A stretch of 64,000 bases of DNA, taken from assembly GCA_040437565.1 (NCBI GenBank), contig JBDOQK010000070.1:62001-126000 (forward strand), given 5' to 3'. The notes beneath the pieces were generated by a model. That model was not told where the DNA came from and searched no databases. It saw only the letters and a program-made list of their open reading frames with translations. A program made the position numbers and the translations under genes. Below, piece by piece: positions 59,672-64,000 of this stretch; position 1 is the stretch's first letter; each line of letters starts with the position of its first letter. The stretch is from Albugo candida (taxonomy: Eukaryota).

Positions 59672-61333
59672 ATGACTGTAACAGACTCGTTCAACACCTT
59701 TGTTTCTCAAACAACGCAAGAGCCTCAACATCTCAATGGAGAAATACTCTTGCGTGGTTTCTTGTATAAACGACCAGAGCAAAATTCACTTCTTTGGAAG
59801 AAACGTTATTGTGTGATCATAAAAAACTCCCTTCAGATCGTTTATTACGAAAACGAAGAGGATTTTGAAAAAGGAAACATTCGTGGTAAAATCCCTTTTG
59901 CCTCAGTGCATAAATGGGATGGAAAACCGAACGGATTTCAATTTTATACTCCTACCAACCAGTGTTATCGCGTGTACACAGATACACCTAAAGAACACGA
60001 AGATTGGGTGTCGATCATGCAAACTCAAATCGATGCGGCGCCAGAGAAGGAAGATGTGGCTTCTATGACGTACGCACGTCCAATCGCGTCGTCACCGACC
60101 TATTCAACAGGGAAAGGTTGTGGACTTACTCGAACAGCTTCCTGGCAAGAGGAGGAGGCCGATATGTCAGCAATGGTGCAGGAGTTAGAGGATCTTCGAT
60201 CAGAGGTTACTACACTTCGTGCCGAATTGGCTTCTTATGAGAAGACTCAGCAGCGGTATAAAATGAAAAGTTTTGCGGGGACCCGACGGGGGAGTATATT
60301 GGAGGATGGTACGGCGGTCAATATTGAACCGCTTGAGATGGAACGGATGCGTGCAATTTTCAATCTTTTCGATACGCAAGGACATGGATACATAAGCGCG
60401 ACTGATTTGATCGATCTCCATTCAAAATTGGGCGAGCCGATTTCGAAAGAAGATGCTGCTGAAGCTATAGCACACATGCAAAAGAACGACGGTCAGATCA
60501 ATTTTGACTCATTCATCAAGTGGTGGAACGAAGATCATTCTGCTCCGAATCAAACGGAAGCAATGAAGAGGTATCAAGCAAAGTTCAAGTTCATCAAAGC
60601 TCGTATTGCAAACCCGGCAATCGGTAATATTGAGACAGTTGCTGTTGGACCTTTTCCGTCTTTCGAGTTCCGTCTGAATTTCTATTACAATGGACCGAAT
60701 GGATCACGTGTACAAATCTCTCCTTGGCACGATATTCCATTATACAATGCGGATGGATCTGTCAACTTTATTTGTGAGATTCCCAAATGGACACGAAAAA
60801 AGATGGAGATCGCCACCGGAGAACCATTCAATCCGATCAAGCAAGATACAAAGAACGGAAAGCTTCGCGAGTATACTTGGGGAGAAATGATGTTCAACTA
60901 CGGTGCATTACCTCAGACATGGGAAGATCCTTCTCACGTTACCGATGGAACGGGCTGCCCAGGTGACAATGATCCTATTGATGTTGTAGAGATCGGGACC
61001 AAGCAATGGCGCACTGGTTCAGTCGTTCAAGTAAAAATTCTTGGGGTTTTGGCGCTTATTGACAGCAACGAAACAGATTGGAAAGTGATTTGTATCAATG
61101 TGGAGGATCACTACGCGTCTAAATTGCACGATGTCTCGGATATTGAGGCTCACATGCCAGGCTGTATCATGGCTATTCACGACTGGTTACGTGATTACAA
61201 GCTTCCGTCGGTCAACAAATACGGCTACGAAGGAAAGTGTATGGGAAGAGATTTTGCTGAATGCGTGGTTGCTGAAACTCATGAATTCTGGAAGCATTTA
61301 ATCGAAGCTCGTGGAGGGCAAGCCACTGTATAA
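59672..61333 (+). CDS. PH domain + EF-hand pair + family I soluble inorganic pyrophosphatase fusion
   Basis: PH (RGFLYKRP..WKKRYCVI..EDWVSIM), coiled coil, EF hands (FDTQGHGYISATDL; KNDGQINFDSF) and PPase (SPWHDIPL, EIPKWTRKKMEI, NPIKQD, NYGALPQTWEDP, GDNDPIDV, ETDWK). Single ORF with no gap. Confidence 0.92.
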   Translation: MTVTDSFNTFVSQTTQEPQHLNGEILLRGFLYKRPEQNSLLWKKRYCVIIKNSLQIVYYENEEDFEKGNIRGKIPFASVHKWDGKPNGFQFYTPTNQCYRVYTDTPKEHEDWVSIMQTQIDAAPEKEDVASMTYARPIASSPTYSTGKGCGLTRTASWQEEEADMSAMVQELEDLRSEVTTLRAELASYEKTQQRYKMKSFAGTRRGSILEDGTAVNIEPLEMERMRAIFNLFDTQGHGYISATDLIDLHSKLGEPISKEDAAEAIAHMQKNDGQINFDSFIKWWNEDHSAPNQTEAMKRYQAKFKFIKARIANPAIGNIETVAVGPFPSFEFRLNFYYNGPNGSRVQISPWHDIPLYNADGSVNFICEIPKWTRKKMEIATGEPFNPIKQDTKNGKLREYTWGEMMFNYGALPQTWEDPSHVTDGTGCPGDNDPIDVVEIGTKQWRTGSVVQVKILGVLALIDSNETDWKVICINVEDHYASKLHDVSDIEAHMPGCIMAIHDWLRDYKLPSVNKYGYEGKCMGRDFAECVVAETHEFWKHLIEARGGQATV

Positions 61334-62239
61334 TTTGATACCACAGCTGTCTTGAGAAAAAATCTATGTTTCTACCACTTTGCGTTGCATTTACCATACT
61401 GAGCATCATTTGAATCTGTTGCCACGACTCAAATTAAATTCTAAGCTTGAAGGTTTTGGCTGCTGTATATAGCCGCTAGTATCATTTTCAATGTTACATG
61501 AGCCTTGAAGAAGACAGCATGGTCGGGCTCAGTTAAGAAACCCGCTAGATGATTTATATATTAAAATGACTATGTTACTGCAAGAGAACACTAGAAGTCT
61601 ACGAGTTGAACTTCATCCTCGTTAGTATGACTTCTATCGGTAGTATCTAGGCTGCAAGACATCGGATCAAGCACAAAGAATTAGCAAGTACTTGTCACTT
61701 TCTTTTCGAGTAGAGGAGTCTCAAGTTCGCTATTCGGCACATGCGAAACGAAGAAAAACACCGTAGTCAGAGAAAGGTTGTAAAAGGTCCTCCAGCGTAA
61801 GACAGAAGATAAAATCGTAACCGACTATTTTGTCTGCAATGAACACGACAAGCGACTGTAGAATGCAGTGGTAAAATTGAACGCGTTGACTGGTTGTATG
61901 TAGCACATTTAAATTTAGATGAAGCTATCCTGTGCCATCTGACGTCGCCTAAAAAACCTGTAAGTTGGCTGACTATAATAATACATGTCACGCATTACTA
62001 AAATCGGCTCGGTGAGCTCGGAACGAAGGTTAATTACGTTTTTGTATCAACGTCAAGAGTGTTAAACCCTTACAGTCGTCACACGCATGTGAGCTTTTAA
62101 ATGTTTAATACCCATTTAGCTTCCGTCGTTCTGCTAAAAAGACGATTGTAGCCCACCTTCCTGCGCCAAAAGGATTATGTAATCAAGTTCAGTTTCGCAC
62201 ATGAATCAACGCAACAGACTTGGCTGAGTTCGAGTTGCG

Positions 62240-62452
62240 TCAAAACACCATTTGGTGTCTCTGAAAGCAATCTCGAATTGTCCGCAATGATAATCCAGTT
62301 GCGACAGTCGTGCCATTAATCCAAATGCCATGTTCTTCATGTTGACGAAGTAAATTTCCCAAAGGTTCGATCGTCATCAGAAAAAGTAATGCTGAGAGAG
62401 GATCACCTTGTTTCACTCCACGTTGTGGTGTAATGGACGGTGTGATATTTCC
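62240..62452 (-). mobile_element. Non-LTR (LINE) reverse transcriptase fragment
   Basis: RGVKQGDPLSALLFLMTIEPL..L...GI motif, truncated by a gap and frameshifted afterwards. Confidence 0.85.
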
Positions 62453-64000
62453 NNNNNNNNNNNNNNNNNNNNNNNNNNNNNNNNNNNNNNNNNNNNNNNN
62501 NNNNNNNNNNNNNNNNNNNNNNNNNNNNNNNNNNNNNNNNNNNNNNNNNNNNCAACGCCACTGCAATTTTGAGTTTGTTAGAGAAAAGCACAGTTGTGGT
62601 CAGTGACAAACATTTTGTGCTACATTTTTGAATGTAATGTAAACGGATATTATATTAGTTGGCTGTGATCGTGAAACTTGGTTTCTTGAAAGAAAACAGC
62701 GATAGGACGTGGTCGATAAATAGATTACCATATTGATGAATTCTATCAACATCCACCTTGAGTGGTGAGATTTGTTCCACGCTGATATCGTCAGGAGTCC
62801 TTGTGAATCCGAATGTGAATGGTCACGCTGAAATGAACCAGCAGTATATCTTGTTGCACCATCGTCAGGTCATAGATGTATAGTCGAAAAATCCTCCGGG
62901 TTTTACAGGTAGTGATCGAAAGCTCCTCAATATTATAGAAGAGTAGTTATGCCGCCAGCCTTCAAACCACTGTGACCAACAGTTTGCTCGCACCTCGGAG
63001 CGAAACAGTGAAATGTATACATTCGCTGGTATAATCGGCAGTAACGGGGGGGGAATCCAAATCACTGACGCATGGATGATATACTGAGCCAAATGATCGT
63101 CTGTGTATATAGTAGCTCCCGTAGTTCGGGTCAAATCAGCCAAGTCTGGTGGGGTGGTTCTCCACCATAAAATTAGTGTCTCAAAAGTCGTTTGGTAGAG
63201 ATCTTTTCACCCACGTGACGTATCCATCGAGTTCCAAATCCTACGTCTTCACCAATCGTGAACAGCAAATACCCGATATATCATCTAGTGCAGGGGTCAC
63301 TTCCTTCCATGCAGTCCGGTAGCATTCCAGTCATAGTTGTGGGATGTGCTTCGTCTGCTTCAATGCTTCTGTAGGGCCTGGTACAAAACTGAATAATTTT
63401 TCGCGCATGTGTTTCATATACGTCTGAAACTGGATCAGTTTCTCAGGGTGACGTTGTTAAAGCCAGTTTTCGGGGTCGACTTCCATAAGCTCACCAACTT
63501 CACTAGCCCTTGTCAGATGCTCAAGTTGAGTACCGAATTGTTTTCGTTCGTGCTGCATGATACAGTACGACGCACCTATGACGAGGCAGTAGTAGCAGCA
63601 AAGGAACCATCTGTACCGCCTGTGCCATTCTGGAGCATCACACACGCGGTGAGAAACTTTCCATGTCATCACAGATGTGATGGCTCATTCACAATCATGC
63701 ATTTAACCAATTCTGGTGAATTTTCAGGGATTCCACGTAATCACAACCGGCCGCTGACACCCTGAGTTGTGTCGGGATTTCGACTTGAACCATTGTTTTC
63801 GAGAGGAGAGAGTTGAAAAAAGTTGTTTCTGACTTGTATGTATTAAATTGGTGGGTTATGCAGTAGCCGGAAAATCGAGAGGTCGGGCCCTTATAGCTCA
63901 GTTGAACGTGACTATGATACTAGAATTAGGCTTCTCTAATGCCTAAGCTACAATACTATTCTAAAATACATGCAAGTTTGATATATAAAAATCTACACCT

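Noticed and set aside
62600-63770. Near-open minus-strand frames that may be a decayed gene or retroelement
   Set aside because: No motif I can assign with confidence; needs a translated search.
1-64000. CRISPR arrays, prokaryotic defence systems, rRNA or tRNA genes
   Set aside because: Intron-containing eukaryotic DNA; no repeat-spacer array, rRNA or cloverleaf was recognised by eye (tRNAscan-SE and Infernal were not run).

Overview
Eukaryotic scaffold from an oomycete. Inference from the very short intergenic regions, ~50-60 nt GT-AG introns, Inr/FPR promoter motifs and effector-like genes: probably Albugo (white rust) or a relative. 1-32 kb is a compact housekeeping block: Sfi1-like, NIPA/C3HC, FGAM synthase, mPGES-2-like, an atypical bZIP, two paralogous orphan secreted proteins, two BAP31 paralogues, a double-lipoyl E2o, NSRP1, a TALE homeobox, head-to-head RPL14/RPL5, a coiled-coil protein, Nopp140/SRP40, a membrane-anchored CAP protein, N6AMT1 and a PH-ankyrin-AGC kinase. 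32-57 kb is gene-sparse and decayed: one intact secreted ORF, a MULE with TIRs and a 9-bp TSD, a Copia element with both LTRs, a frameshifted non-catalytic pepsin-like gene, and several apparent relics of CxxC-module (CCG/CHxC-like) effector genes. 57-61.3 kb holds a SulP/STAS transporter and a PH + EF-hand + soluble pyrophosphatase fusion, followed by a LINE RT fragment. The window has sixteen 100-N gaps. Most are flanked by identical duplicated sequence (assembly overlaps), which creates false repeats and frameshifts in several ORFs. All calls come from reading the sequence; no searches were run.
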